This document shows positions 24,212 through 37,329 of a stretch of 64,000 bases of DNA, piece by piece. This DNA comes from Octopus sinensis. Its lineage: Eukaryota. A program made the translations under genes and the position numbers. Every line of letters begins with the position of its first letter. The first letter of the stretch is position 1. The notes beneath the pieces were generated by a model. That model had not been told where the DNA came from, did no database searches, and worked only from the letters and a program-made list of their open reading frames with translations. The DNA lies in contig NW_021833234.1 of assembly GCF_006345805.1 (NCBI RefSeq), forward strand, positions 30,141 to 94,140, given 5' to 3'.

Positions 24212-26402
24212 ATGTTGTTGTTGTTACTTGTCTCGACCACGAATGCTGGTGACCAGTTTAGTCTGGAAAATTTGTACAGCGAGGCGTACAAGACGGTGGA
24301 TTCCGCTTCCTTGTGTGTGCAGTACATGAACGCCACCCACCGATTTGGCTGCTCTTGTATGGCAATCACATTTATGTTCCAAGCCAAGTCATCGGGCAAT
24401 GCAGGCCGCCTCTACATTGTGGACAGTCACCAACGACTTGATCACGTGTTGACTGGGCACGTGACTAATGTCATTGCTTTGACAACCCCTGGCCTCTCGG
24501 ACGGGTATGACTGTGCTGAAATGTGACAGAAACACTTTGAGACGGCTAAAAAACTCAGGGCATTGTGTTGGGGCTATAATAATGGGGGACTCGAACGTGA
24601 GTCACCTCAACCCCCCTGAGTGCCACGTGCCATTCTCGCCCGATTCAGCCTGTCCGAATAGTGTGCACGGTGAGTGTTGACTTGTGACAAACAGATTTCT
24701 ACGGGGGGACATGCGAGGCGTGGAACTCTGAGTATTCGACAAATCAGTACTACTACGATTTCTCCGAATTCCCGATTGGTGTGGTGTCCTCACCCATGGA
24801 CGTGTCCTCTCTGAGGAAGGTAGGCCCGGTGGTGTACCCGCAGTGCATATCAGTGCACGGAGAACAGTGCAGTGCTCGCATGGAGAGTTTCATGACCTCG
24901 GCCGGTGATTCTCGACGTTGTCTCTTCAGAAGCAATTCCCCGCGGTACTTGGAATCGGGTAACCACACGTGAGTGATTAGGACATTTACTGTCTCCCCCT
25001 GGGCGGATATAACCTACATCTTCCTTTGTTCGTTCCACGGACTCCGGAGAATATATCGAAGGTGATTTGGGTGGTGGAAAAGGTGGTTAGATGTGTCATT
25101 CGTAGTTGGATGGAATGTCCGAGTTCCCTGGAGTGTCCCCCGTGGCCAGTTCTGTGTTGGGGGGACTGATCAGCACTCTCGCCTTGATTGAGCAGGTCAC
25201 TCAGTGGGGACACCCCTCCACTACACTCTTCTTTTCCTTTTTCGCAGGGGTGTTCTATTTCCAACACTGCAGGAACCATTCGACTACATTGGCTCGAGCA
25301 GGACTGTCTTCGACATCCGGAAGGGCAGTTGGACTAACGGTCTCTCTCTCGACTGTGTGGAAGAAATGTACGAGATTTCACAAATCCTGTCTCACACGGG
25401 CCAACTGCATGTCCACCAGAACAATAGAGTATTGGAGATCAACAATGACCTCAATTCGACTGCCTCCATGTTGAACATGACACTTAAATACTCCACTGGT
25501 CAACTCCCGCCCTCCCCGATTCAGAGTTTCATGAAAGAGAACCCCCAATTGGCAGCCACTGTCATCTCAGGCTTCGGCCGAAAGTTCCAGTCCAAGTGAG
25601 ACGTCCAGTTGGTTACTTCAAGTCTGTACAACAGCGTGTTTGACCAAATGAGTGCCTTGGAGTGTGCGGAGAGTGCCTGCATTGACCAGATAGTGAGCAC
25701 GTCAAACCTCGTCCTCAAGTTCCTGTATAAAAGAATAACCAAAAAGTCCGCCCCCTCCTCCATTTCAATCAATAATGCCACGGTTGGGAGCATTTAATCA
25801 TTCAGGTGGTCACCTTGTTCGACTGTTTGCTTAAAAACATAAACTGTTCATTGGTCAGGTCAGTCATGCCCAGTGGAATTGACTTGATCGACTCAGTCCT
25901 TCCATTCGTCATTGGGGCGAATGATGGCACTCAGCCTCTCTACTCACTCGTCGTCCAACAGTTGATTCATTATTACGCAGGGACTGTCCTCAATCGACCC
26001 AAGGAGGCCTGCAAAACAAACCAATCAGACGATGTGATTACCATTCATTCACTCATATAGATCTATACCTATTCTTGGGTGGCCGGCAATGGCTCTGGTC
26101 CAGTCTGTTTAAGGAGTCCTCTCTTTTACTCGCCGGCTGTCTCTCCTGCCTTTGGAGAAGGAGGAGTTGACTTTGCAGGAGATTCCCCAAAGACAACTGC
26201 TGAATTGATAGCAAATTATTCATCGTGGACTGTCAGTAACTACCAATATCTCCGACTGTCTGTGTTCGTGTCCTCGAGTGGCCTCTATCAGGCACTCGTT
26301 CTGTTCACTGGTTTCGTACTTGTTGGATTGTCTCTCCTTGCAAGTCTGGGTTATAGACACAACTCGAGGATCAGGATATATTTCGATAGTATCCTCCTCT
26401 GA
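24212..26402 (+). CDS. NCSTN: Nicastrin (gamma-secretase subunit), multi-exon
   Basis: Signal peptide; CVQYMNATHRFGCS; LDGMSEFPGVSP; FAG/EPFDYIGSSRTVFD; SPAF...YSSWTVS; C-terminal TM helix; several ~25-nt introns. Confidence 0.9.
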
Positions 26403-26779
26403 CCTAATCATTTTGTTCTTTGATGTCAAACTAAATCTAACAACTCTGTACTAAGGCAGAGCCAATTAGAGGAAATAGCGATCATCACAAGGAGATAAAG
26501 ACATTTCCCTCAAATAAAATCAGGATTGCAAATTGAAATTAGATTATACAATGTTGCAAAATGAGATTGGTTTTTGGAAGGTTTTTGGATATTAATTTTT
26601 TGGAAAAAATAATTTTGGTGGACGGTTACCTGTTGGCCCTATTCTTCAAATTGGGGAGCAAAATTCGGAAAGATCCTGCGACCAACTCTCAAGTCTTCAT
26701 CTTATATCTAAAATGACTTCATTGTCAATTCCCAGTTTGTTGAGGTCTGTCTCTGTGACTGAAGGACGGTCAAAGACAG

Positions 26780-28100
26780 GATAAAGTAACTTTATCTGAG
26801 GCGAATAGTGAAGAGTCGGCGAAAGATCCTACCAGTCGTCTCATGATCTGCGCGGACGACATACTAATAACGGATGCTTCGTGGAGGAAATTAAAAGGAT
26901 AAGTGACAAGAGTGGAAGAGTGGTGCATATCAGAAGGTCTGACACTCGCAAAAGAAAAGTGCATTGCCACTTTGATTGCAAAACAGGGAGCTAAACAAAA
27001 ACCGCCGAAAAACCTCCATGGGTTTACATTAACGGAGAACCCGAAATACATTGGGGTTGAAGTTGGATCCAAGGGTTCTTACTTTAGATACATCGAAGAG
27101 AAGGAAATGCGCTCAAATTCTCAGGAGCATAATTCACTTCCACCTTTGTCCGGAAACATTTTTATATGTTTATAAAACGTGCGTCGAACCATTGCTTACT
27201 TACAAGTTAGAGGGATAGTACCCTACTGCTGAGAGGAACGGCATTATCGCTAAGCTCGAAAAGACGGGACGATATGACATCAAATTGGCAAATGGACTCC
27301 AGCTGGACCAACCCACCCCTCAAGAGATGGAAGACGCGACGGAAACGATTGGAATTGTTCTTGAGAGAGCCTTTTCTTCTCGAATCTGGAATTAAACATA
27401 AAAAAGAGGGAAAAAACGCAGAAGAGGCACACTTTTTCTCATAAACTTTCTCTTTCTTTTTTGGTTTTTGTTTTAAATAAATAAATTCATTCATTCATCC
27501 TAAAAAAGTGAATAACTAACTTTCTTACTGGGCAAAGAGGAAGAATCTATACGAAAAGTACAAAATCAAGCTCGAAGTATTTCCCAAATGGAGTACCTCA
27601 AGGGTCGCCTTTATCACAAGCTCTTTTCCAATTTAAACTTATCAGATCTTTTGATGCTGAAGATGTAATTGTCCTGTTATGCGGATGATATTGTAGTTGC
27701 CTATCGCAACCAAAGGGGCACAATAGCAGCGGAAGAGCTGCAAAACTACCTTCACGGTCTTGAAGGGTGGTTACTAATGAACCGACTATCAGCAAGTTCA
27801 AGGAAGTCGATTACTACCCTCTTTACTTAAGCAAAGAGACTCGGGAAAGCGGAAGTAAAACTGTGTTTAAACGATGTGGAGATACCATACTGATTTCAGG
27901 AATATTGCTTCTGATAGGTAAGGCTTCAGGGAGTGTCGGTGACTGCTTTTGGAAGGTGTCCTCAGAAATGAAGTGCGCAATCCAAAAGAAAAAGTGCAGT
28001 ATATTAGTTAGTTTTGACATTGAAAAGGCCTTCGATTCGGTGTGGCACGACGGCCTCCGGAGCTCCCTCGCCACGTGTGAGGTTTCTCCGTGTCTAAGGT
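26780..28100 (+). pseudogene. Cluster of degenerate non-LTR RT fragments
   Basis: CADDIL...KYIG (26780-27110); SCYADDIV (27590-27790); FDIEKAFDSVWHDGL (27900-28100). Confidence 0.7.
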
Positions 28101-28180
28101 GCTGGTAGGACTTTTGTTAATTTCGTCTGTGGAGATATTATTTGCATAACATTTGTCCATAGAAAATCTTATGCAATTAA

Positions 28181-28374
28181 CCGATATATGAAATTATCCG
28201 ATATTTTAATAAAAATCAAAAAATTTTTAATAGGCAAGAAAAAAAATAGTCAAAAACGTTAAAACATCAATTTTGAACTTCCTAGTCTTCTGGCAAAAAC
28301 GTTAGACGCTTTTTTCTAATTCATAAAAGTTGTCCATGTCTATTTTATTTGTTAAATAGCTGTTAGTAAGAAAC
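28181..28374 (+). repeat. 194-bp segment F, duplicated at 32440-32633 and ~45432-45624
   Basis: CCGATATATGAAATTATCC...GTTAGTAAGAAAC found on both sides of the 28375-32439 insert. Confidence 0.92.
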
Positions 28375-29896
28375 GGACAACAAGAAACTAACAATATTAT
28401 TAATAATAATATACCTAGAGCAGGATGGACAACCGCATCGGAGAGACAGACGTCCGATGGCAAGAACATCGTCTTTGCCATTGCAGAAGGGATCGAGTGC
28501 ACGACCCGGGAGGACTGGGTTAAATCCGCCCTTTCCCAAGTGTTGGGAAGAGCTTCCAGGATGCCCAGAAATGGGTGGCCTACCCTGCTTCAGTGTTTCA
28601 ATCGACGCTTTAGCTCGAACCTATCGTTAGATGCACTGAAGAAGCTGGCCAAGACCCCTCCTCCTGGCTCGCGGGGGAGGACTGCCGCTGCGGTTACGCC
28701 GTCAGGATGCCCCCCCGTGTTCTGATCAACACGAGCACCAGAGTAGTGAGTTATCGCTACTCTTGCAGGTTAAGGAAATATTTAGTAGGCATATCTCTGC
28801 GAATCGTGTTGTCCCCCTTGCGGACCGCAGAGTGACCCGAAAGATACCTCGGTGGCAACTCAGAAGTGACGTGATGGGTTGCATCAATCATGCCATAGCT
28901 TACGCGATCGTGTGTGAGCCTCCGGAGACAATGGACGAGATTTCTCTCTATTTGTACTCGGCACAGACAACCTATGATGAAATCACTCAGAGGCCTGCCC
29001 CAAATAGTAGATGGAGAGAAAACATTGCCGCAAAAGTAGCCGCAAGGAAAGCCGAGCTGGAAGCGCTGACTGGGCACATTTTGAATGTGAGCAATGGGGT
29101 CAAGGGCAAGACTCCCCCCTTGGTGCGTACTTTACTTCGTCGGGAACGAGCTGCCAAATGGGACCTCAACGAGTTGAGGCGTGTCCGGGCAGAGAGGGAG
29201 GAGCTGATTCTCGTTTATCAGAAGAAGCTCTCAACTCATGAGTCTCGGTGTTAGCGCAGGCGGGAGAACAACCTGTTTGAATTTAATCGCAGGTCGTTCT
29301 ATCGTCGGTTGCACGGAGAGACGAAGGAGGGTACCCAGCAAAAGGCCGAAATGCTTGACACATGGGGGAGTATGTGGAAAGCACGTCCTCGCAAGGGTGT
29401 GTCGTTTCCGTTTTGTGGACCCGATGCTCCCTTGATGACCGAGTCTTGTGGTGTCTCTGACATCCGCAAGAAGTTCGATGAAGCAGTAACTCGTCTCTCT
29501 GACTGGAAGACACCTGGGGTCGATAAGGTGTATAATTTCTTTATTAAAAATTGCAAACCTATCCATGATTGCATGTGTCGAGCAATCGAACAGTTTACAC
29601 TAGACCCTGGCTCGATTCCAGAGTGGTTATGTACTGGGGTCACTTATTTGATTCCTAAAGTAGATAACCCTTCCGCTCCGACAGAATATCGTCCGATAAC
29701 CTGTATGCCCAACCTGTACAAGTTGATGACTAAGGTGGTGGCTACTGAGGTCAGAAATTTCGTGGAGGTGAATGGGATTCTGTCCGAGAACCAGTTAGGT
29801 ACACGGCGGGATTGCCAGGGAGCTAAGGAGCAGGCACTGATCAACAAATGCCTCGCGAGAGCCCACGGAAACTCACTAGTGTCAATGTGGGTGGAT
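28375..29896 (+). mobile_element. Truncated R4/Dong-like RLE retrotransposon, copy 1 (disabled, cut off by satellite)
   Basis: NNLFEFNRRSFYR, WKTPGVD, YRPITCMPNLYK, ENQLG, GAKEQ; stops in RT at WVD; in-frame TAG at 29252. Confidence 0.88.
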
Positions 29897-32442
29897 ACAT
29901 AATCTCAAGTGCTCACATCTAGGGACCTCCCAAAATTGCATAATATATTACGTAATTTATTGCATAATCTCAAGTACCCCCATATGCTCACATCTAGGGA
30001 CCTCACAAAATTGCATAATATATTACGTAATTTATTGCATTATCTCAAGTACCCGCATATGTACACATCTAGGGACCTGCTAAAATTGCATAATATATTA
30101 CGCAATTTATTGCATAATCTCAAGTACCTGCATATGCTCACATCTAGGGAGCTCCCAAAATCGCATAAAATATTACGTAATTTATTGCATACCCAAATAT
30201 GCTCACATCTAGGGACCTCCCAAAATTGCATAACATATTACGTAATTTATTGCATAATCTCAAGTACCTGCATATGCTCACATCTAGGGAGCTCCCAAAA
30301 TTGCATAACATATTACGTAATTTATTGCATAATCTCAAGTACCTGCATATGCTCACATCTAGGGAGCTCCCAAAATTGCATAATATATTACGTAATTTAT
30401 TGCATAATCTCAAGTACCCGCATATGTACACATCTAGGGACCTCCCAAAATTGCATAATATATTACGTAATTTATTGCATAATCTCAAGTACCCGCATAT
30501 GTACACATCTAGGGACCTCCCAAAATTGCATAACATATTACGTAATTTATTGCATAATCTCAAGTACCTGCATATGCTCACATCTAGGGAGCTCCCAAAA
30601 TTGCATAATATATTACGTAATTTATTGCATAATCTCAAGTACCCGCATATGTACACATCTAGGGACCTCCCAAAATTGCATAATATATTACGTAATTTAT
30701 TGCATAATCTCAAGTACCCGCATATGTACACATCTAGGGACCTCCCAAAATTGCATAACGTATTACGTAATTTATTGCATAATCTCAAGTACCCGCATAT
30801 GTACACATCTAGGGACCTCACAAAATTGCATAATATATTAAGCAATATATTGCATAATCTCAAGTACCTGCATATGTACACATCTAGGGACCTCACAAAA
30901 TTGCATAATATATTACGTAATTTATTGCATAATCTCAAGTACCCACATATGCTCACATCTAGGGACCTCCCAAAATTGCATAATATATTACGTAATTTAT
31001 TGCATAATCTCAAGTACCCGCATATGTACACATCTAGGGACCTCCCAAAATTGCATAATACATTACGTAATTTATTGCATAATCTCAAGTACCCGCATAT
31101 GTACACATCTAGGGAGCACCCAAAATTGCATAATATATTACGTAGTTTATCGCATAATCTCAAGTACCCGCATATGTACACATCTAGGGAGCTCCCAAAA
31201 TTGCATAATATATTACGGAATTTATTAAATACCCGAATATGCTCACATCTAGGGAGCTCCCAAAATTGCATAATATATTATGTAATTTATTGCATAATCT
31301 CAAGTACCCGCATATGTACACATCTAGGGACCTCCCAAAATTGCATAATATATTACGCAATTTATTACATAATCTCAAGTACCCCCATATGCTCACATTT
31401 AGGGACCTCATAAAATTGCATAATATATTACGTAATTTATTGCATAATCTCAAGTACCCGAATATGTACACATCTAGGGACCTCCCAAAATTGCATAATA
31501 TATTACGCAATTTATTACATAATCTCAAGTACCCCCATATGCTCACATTTAGGGACCTCATAAAATTGCATAATATATTACGTAATTTATTGCATAATCT
31601 CAAGTACCCGAATATGTACACATCTAGGGACCTCCCAAAATTGCATAATATATTACGCAATTTATTACATAATCTCAAGTACCCCCATATGCTCACATTT
31701 AGGGACCTCCCAAAATTGCATAATATATTAAGTAATTTATTGCATAATCTCAAGTACCTGCATATCCTCACATCTAGGGAGCTCCCAAAATTGCATAATA
31801 TATTACGTAATTTATTGCATAATCTCCTCAAGTACCCACATATGCTCACATCTAGGGACCTCACAAAATTGCATAACATATTACGTAATTTATTGCATAA
31901 TCTCAAGTACCCGCATATGTACACATCTAGGGACCTCACAAAATTGCATAATATATTAGGGAATTTATTACATAATCTCAAGTACCCGCATATGTACACA
32001 TCTAGGGACCTCCCAAAATTGCATAATATATTACGTAATTTATTGCATAATCTCAAGTACCTGCATATGCTCACATCTAGGGAGCTCCCAAAATTGCATA
32101 ATATATTACGTAATTTATTGCATAATCTCCTCAAGTACCCACATATGCTCAAATCTAGGGACCTCACAAAATTGCATAACATATTACGTAATTTATTGCA
32201 TAATCTCAAGGTACCCGCATATGTACACATCTAGGGACCTCACAAAATTGCATAATATATTACGTAATTTATTGCATAATCTCAAGTACTCGCATATGTA
32301 CACATCTAGGGACCTTCCAAAATTGCATAATATATTACGTAATTTATTGCATAATCTCAAGTACCCGCATATGTACACATCTAGGGACCTCCAAAAATTG
32401 CATAATATATTACGTAATTTATTGCATAATCTCAAGTACCCG
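29897..32442 (+). repeat. 75-bp tandem satellite array 1 (~34 units)
   Basis: Unit CATAATCTCAAGTACCCGCATATGTACACATCTAGGGACCTCCCAAAATTGCATAATATATTACGTAATTTATTG. Confidence 0.98.
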
Positions 32443-33108
32443 ATATATGAAATTATCCGATATTTTAATAAAAATCAAAAAATTTTTAATAGGCAAGAAA
32501 AAAAATAGTCAAAAACGTTAAAACATCAATTTTGAACTTCCTAGTCTTCTGGCAAAAACGTTAGACGCTTTTTTCTAATTCATAAAAGTTGTCCATGTCT
32601 ATTTTATTTGTTAAATAGCTGTTAGTAAGAAACTGGCGTATCAATTGATATGTTGTTTTTTTCCAACGTTGCAGCCAACCTAAGTAGAAATAAAGTTCAT
32701 GATCTCCAAATTTATAAACTGACTGAATTTCTTGTAACAACAAATTCGTTAATTACCTCGAACGCATGGTAATTAATGGAAATAGAACAAGAAACTTAGA
32801 GCCGAGTAATATCAGATATTCCGATTTATTTATTTGTATCAAACATGTTGCTAAAGACAAAAAGAAATTAAATAGGTACTGCATAAATCCTTCAGTCAAG
32901 ATCATATAGGACGAAATAAAAATGATTTTATGCCAGCAGGGAATCCACAAAAAAGAATCGGTTTGCCCATCATATCTGCTTATCTTAAGACAAATTTCTA
33001 AAGAATTGGATTGCCTGACGAAACGATATAATGTTTTTATTTCACGGATAGATTTACTAATTAGGAAATATTGGTTTATAAGAAAAATGATTTGAAACCA
33101 AGAAAAAG

Positions 33109-34994
33109 TTAAGGAGAAGCTCTTCCAATAAACCTGGGATAAAGACAGACCTCCCTTATATGATAGAGCCCCAACATCCAGGTCGCAAAGCGCTCAAGTC
33201 CAAGTCCATATCCTCCATGAGGGAAAGTTCCAAACTTCCTCTACGAATAAACTCGGATTGCACCTGCTGAGTATACCAATAATATGGCGAAGGGTCGATC
33301 TCATTTTTTAGAAACGCGGCATTTAACTCGGCCTCATCAGAAATACGCATCGATCCCCCGACAATTTCTCCCACATTCGGCATCAACAAGTCAACAGACT
33401 CAGTCACTCGATTGTCTTCAGCAGACCGACTCATGTAAAATGACTTTATTTCAGCAGGGAATCCATAAAGAAGAATCGGTTCGCCGATCATATCTGTCAT
33501 CTGCCTCTCCGGCGCCTCTGGTATATCCTGTCGACATTAGGCATAAAAGGGACATCTCCGAATTCAAAGTCACTTCCATCATCCTTTTTAATTTTGTTGG
33601 CAACCAAAAACTCAATCGCCTCCTTGTAATTCATTCTGCGAAACGGAGTCTTTGGGGGCTCAAAGTTCTTAAATAATTGCACATAAATCACCGGGTTGAT
33701 GTGGTAAATATCATCGGACGAGGTTTGCATCACTCTCTGGACTGTGTCGCAGACGAGATCCTCAATGCAGTCCATCAGCTGGGAAAAGTCAATGAACCCG
33801 ATCTCAGCCTCCACGTGGTTATATTCAGACACATGTCTCCGAGTCCGCGACCGCTCAGCTCGATAAGAGCGAGCAATACAAAAACAGTCCCCAACAGCTG
33901 GGATACAAGTTTCCAAGTATAGTTGAGATGATTGAGTCAAATAGGCCTGGAAGTTACCAAAATAATCTAACAGGCACACCAAAGTAGTCGAATTCGAACA
34001 ATGTACTTCCACCCTCGACCTGAGTCTGGACTATGGTCGGGGGCATCACCTATCGTCACAGAAGAGGCCAACCTCGACGTATTTTCTGGAGAAATAATGG
34101 TCTCGCATGGCACGGGTGATCCGCGACATGACAGAAATGATTCGCGAAGTCTAACCGTGATGCACCAAACCTACATTTTCTCCACGCAAGACGAGATGTC
34201 GATAATCCAGTTTTGTGTCCACCTGGGAATCCTCCCCAACCAAACTTTCAGACCCCCCTGGAGGAGATGTTCCGATCACTTTGAAAAAATCCACCACCAA
34301 TTCAACTCCTCCGGGCGCCTAATGTTCTACAAACTATGGAATACAATTTTTTCTGGCGGCAATGTGTTCACATGACCATAAACAGCCAAGCAAGTCTCCA
34401 GGTTGAGGGACAATGCTTCCCGACACTTGCACTACAAATAAACCCACAGAAAGTACCAAATTATCTGCTAAAATGCATTGCATGAAGCCTGTTCCATCCC
34501 TTAGCATCAGGAACATAATATTTTTCCCTTTAATTCAGTTTCGAAAGAGAACCTTGACGACGGATGTGGTAGGCCCAACCGCGGACTACAATTCGAGAAT
34601 TTCCGACGTTTTTAAGAGCGTCCCTGATCTTGAGCGGTACTGCTTCGACAAGTGAGGAGTCCTCATCCAAGTTAGGAGTCCCATTTTCGAGGACTGACTG
34701 GTCGCTGGATGGAACTTGATTTGCAATTTTTGCAGATTTTCTTTGTTCTATGACAAACATTTTTTTGCATTTTTTTAGTTGAGATTTGGAAATGGGGACC
34801 CATTTCTGAAAGTTATAAGAGAGACCAACATTTCCTTCAAAAATCATCATTGGGAGAGATTGATCTGATGTGGAAAGGGCCTAAAGTAATTATTCTAATT
34901 TAACATGGAGTATGGTCTGAAACGGATTTTGTGCTGAACCATCCCCTGCCTCGTCGCACCCTGTCTCGTATGAAATGTATATGCACTGCTCCAT
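33109..34994 (-). CDS. NARS1: Cytosolic asparaginyl-tRNA synthetase, copy 1
   Basis: [48 protein letters not shown]; many 23-26 nt introns. Confidence 0.95.
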
Positions 34995-35299
34995 CACGTC
35001 AAAGTAGTGTTATAACGTTAATCACAATTTATTCATTAATTACAAGAGTTTTTTTATTTTATAATGAATCGTTTGTGGGACATTGATATCTGGAATTATC
35101 ATTCAAACTAGCTTTAGTTAACCTACGTAGGTGTTTGGTCAGGTTTATTTGAACTGCGGACTGTGTGCAACACATTTTCGAGATTTACTGTCCATTAATT
35201 TTATTGACTGGTGAAAATTTAGTTTTTAATCCGCCAATATATTCTTTAATAAGCGGCTGGTCGATATTCAAAGGGAATCTGCTGATTATATTTTACTCT

Positions 35300-35900
35300 C
35301 TTTGACCGAAAGCTCCTGGAGGAGCTGATGGTGGCGGATTCCCTCCCCGAGTTTCAATGGGGGTTCAGGGAGGGTAGCTCATGCAGTGACTGCTTGTGGA
35401 AGGTGTCCTCCGAAATGAAGTGCGTCATCCAGAAAAGGGAGTGTTGTATATTAGTTAGTCTTGACATAGAAAAGGTCTTCGACTCGGTGTGGACGACGGC
35501 CTTCGGAGCTCCCTCGCTACGTGTAGGGTTTCTTCGTGTCTAAGGCGTTGGGGTTCCTTGAATCTCGTGGACAGGTCGTGCGGCATCAGGGGGTCTTTTA
35601 TAAAGCCGCAACAGTCCTTCGTAGGGTCCCTCAGGGCTCTGTGCTGAGTCCCATACTTTTTAATGTCTTTATGGCTTCTGTGCCCATGCTGGTCAATGCT
35701 CGTATGGTGATCTATGAAGAAGAGATCATCCTCTGGGATCACTCGATGAAACCTGAGTGTGCGTGTCGTATGCTACAGGTTTCTGTGGACGGACTAGTAG
35801 GAGTCTAATGATGCGTGCGAACAAGTGCAGTGTCCTAAAAGCCTGTAAAAGGACAAGGGGTTACACTAATTAGGTTCCTTGGTTATTGCTGAGCGGGTCA
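35300..35900 (+). pseudogene. Degenerate non-LTR RT fragment (duplicated at ~48315-48915)
   Basis: QWGFREG, LDIEKVFDSVW, VPQGSVLSPILFN. Confidence 0.8.
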
Positions 35901-35929
35901 GCAATCGCTGCATTTAATCAGATGACTTA

Positions 35930-36657
35930 AGGAGAGTCTAATAACTGTATACAATCAGTTTATCAGAACAACTATGAACTACGCTGTCCCTGCTTGGGGC
36001 TCCTGCTTATCTATTGCAAACCTTGAAAAACTTCAGAGAACTCAAACTTCAGCATTACGAATTATTACGGGCTGTCTAAAAACGACACCTACTGACTACT
36101 TACATTGGGAATCAAAAATCCTTCCTATCAAAGACCATTTTGAAATGCTCAGGCTACAATTTCTTGACAAATGCCGAACGCCAAATCACCCCGCCTACTT
36201 TTTTTTGCACTCCTCTAAAAACAGGAAAATAATTCCGATCCCCGCGGACAAAATCCGCATGCTTAAACAGTTTCCTCCGGACAATAACCAGAAGAGAATT
36301 CACGACTTGGTAGCTACGAAGGCAATCAGATGTCTTGGAATAAACAAGCTTCTGGGACGCATTCCGCCATCAATGAACAACAACGAATCCTCCCTCTCGA
36401 GAAAACCCCGAGTGAACTTGGCCCATATCCGCTGTGGCCATCATATTGGGCTACGGAATTATCGTCGAAGAATAGGCCTTGCCGAATCCACGCACTCCCA
36501 CTCTCTTAGTGACCTTTCCTCGTGTCCAGGCCCATTTTCTGCTTCCTCAAAACACCGGATCGCGATCGGGGATCTTTGGGAGCGTCCGACATTGACAATT
36601 TTGTTCTTGTTAGCTATCGGTTTCCTCCAATTGAAGGGGCCGGGGGTAAATAAATAA
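35930..36657 (+). mobile_element. 3' fragment of a diverged subfamily of the Vingi-like element (duplicated at ~48945-49671)
   Basis: MNYAVPAW...GDLWERP...GPGVNK* plus (TAAA)n tail; clearly similar to the 3' end of the 19762-23048 element. Confidence 0.92.
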
Positions 36658-37329
36658 GACGTTTCCTCAGAAGACTTCGACTGCTTAGAGCAGTCGTCTC
36701 GTTGTATCGGACGTCAGAAATTTATGTCACTGTCTCTTGTTTTTACAATAAAATTCTGTCTGTCAGTAATAAAGTAATCTTACATTTTTATATTTGTTAC
36801 TATGATGCTCAATCACCTGATTGATAAAAATTTGTATGTTTAATTTCCTCGTTCTTGTTGATTATAAATCAGATTTATCACCCGGACACTTAGAACGGGC
36901 CTAGAAATTATAACTTACGACAAATAATAATTACTTTTCTACGAAAATTCTTTTAATTGCGCTGGCAATTGGTGGTCAATTGTGTTAATGATTGTGCTAA
37001 TCTGCTTAGAGCGGTTAAAGTGTTTTTCAAAATATGTTAATTGCACACTCTTTAATATTTAATATGTGGTGCCTTGTGACTTTTAATCCGTGAACTTTCC
37101 ACCGAGTTCAAAATCGATCAGCAGCTTCAGAAAATCAGTTTTTTTTCATAAGAACTACTCTTAGTAGACTTTCGAACTTTCTTTCTCATCTTTTTCAAAT
37201 TAATTTTTCATTTATGCATTTTCGCGATGCTTTTGTCGTCTGGATAATTCCAGCTGGGAAATTGGATAATTCCAGCTCGCGATGCTTTTTAGTTTGAGGT
37301 GTTGACGTGCCTCTATTGCACTATGTCTG

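Noticed and set aside
28710-29254. Programmed frameshift (C6 run) and TAG read-through in the R4-like element
   Set aside because: All three copies derive from one locus by duplication, so the shared lesions are not independent evidence; R4-clade elements normally have one ORF.
29897-32442. CRISPR array
   Set aside because: Units are contiguous 75-bp repeats with no unique spacers, there are no cas genes, and the context is eukaryotic.
37205-37295. Short A-B-B-A direct repeats (CGCGATGCTTTT; TGGATAATTCCAGCT)
   Set aside because: Likely slippage at a degenerate element edge; no function supportable.
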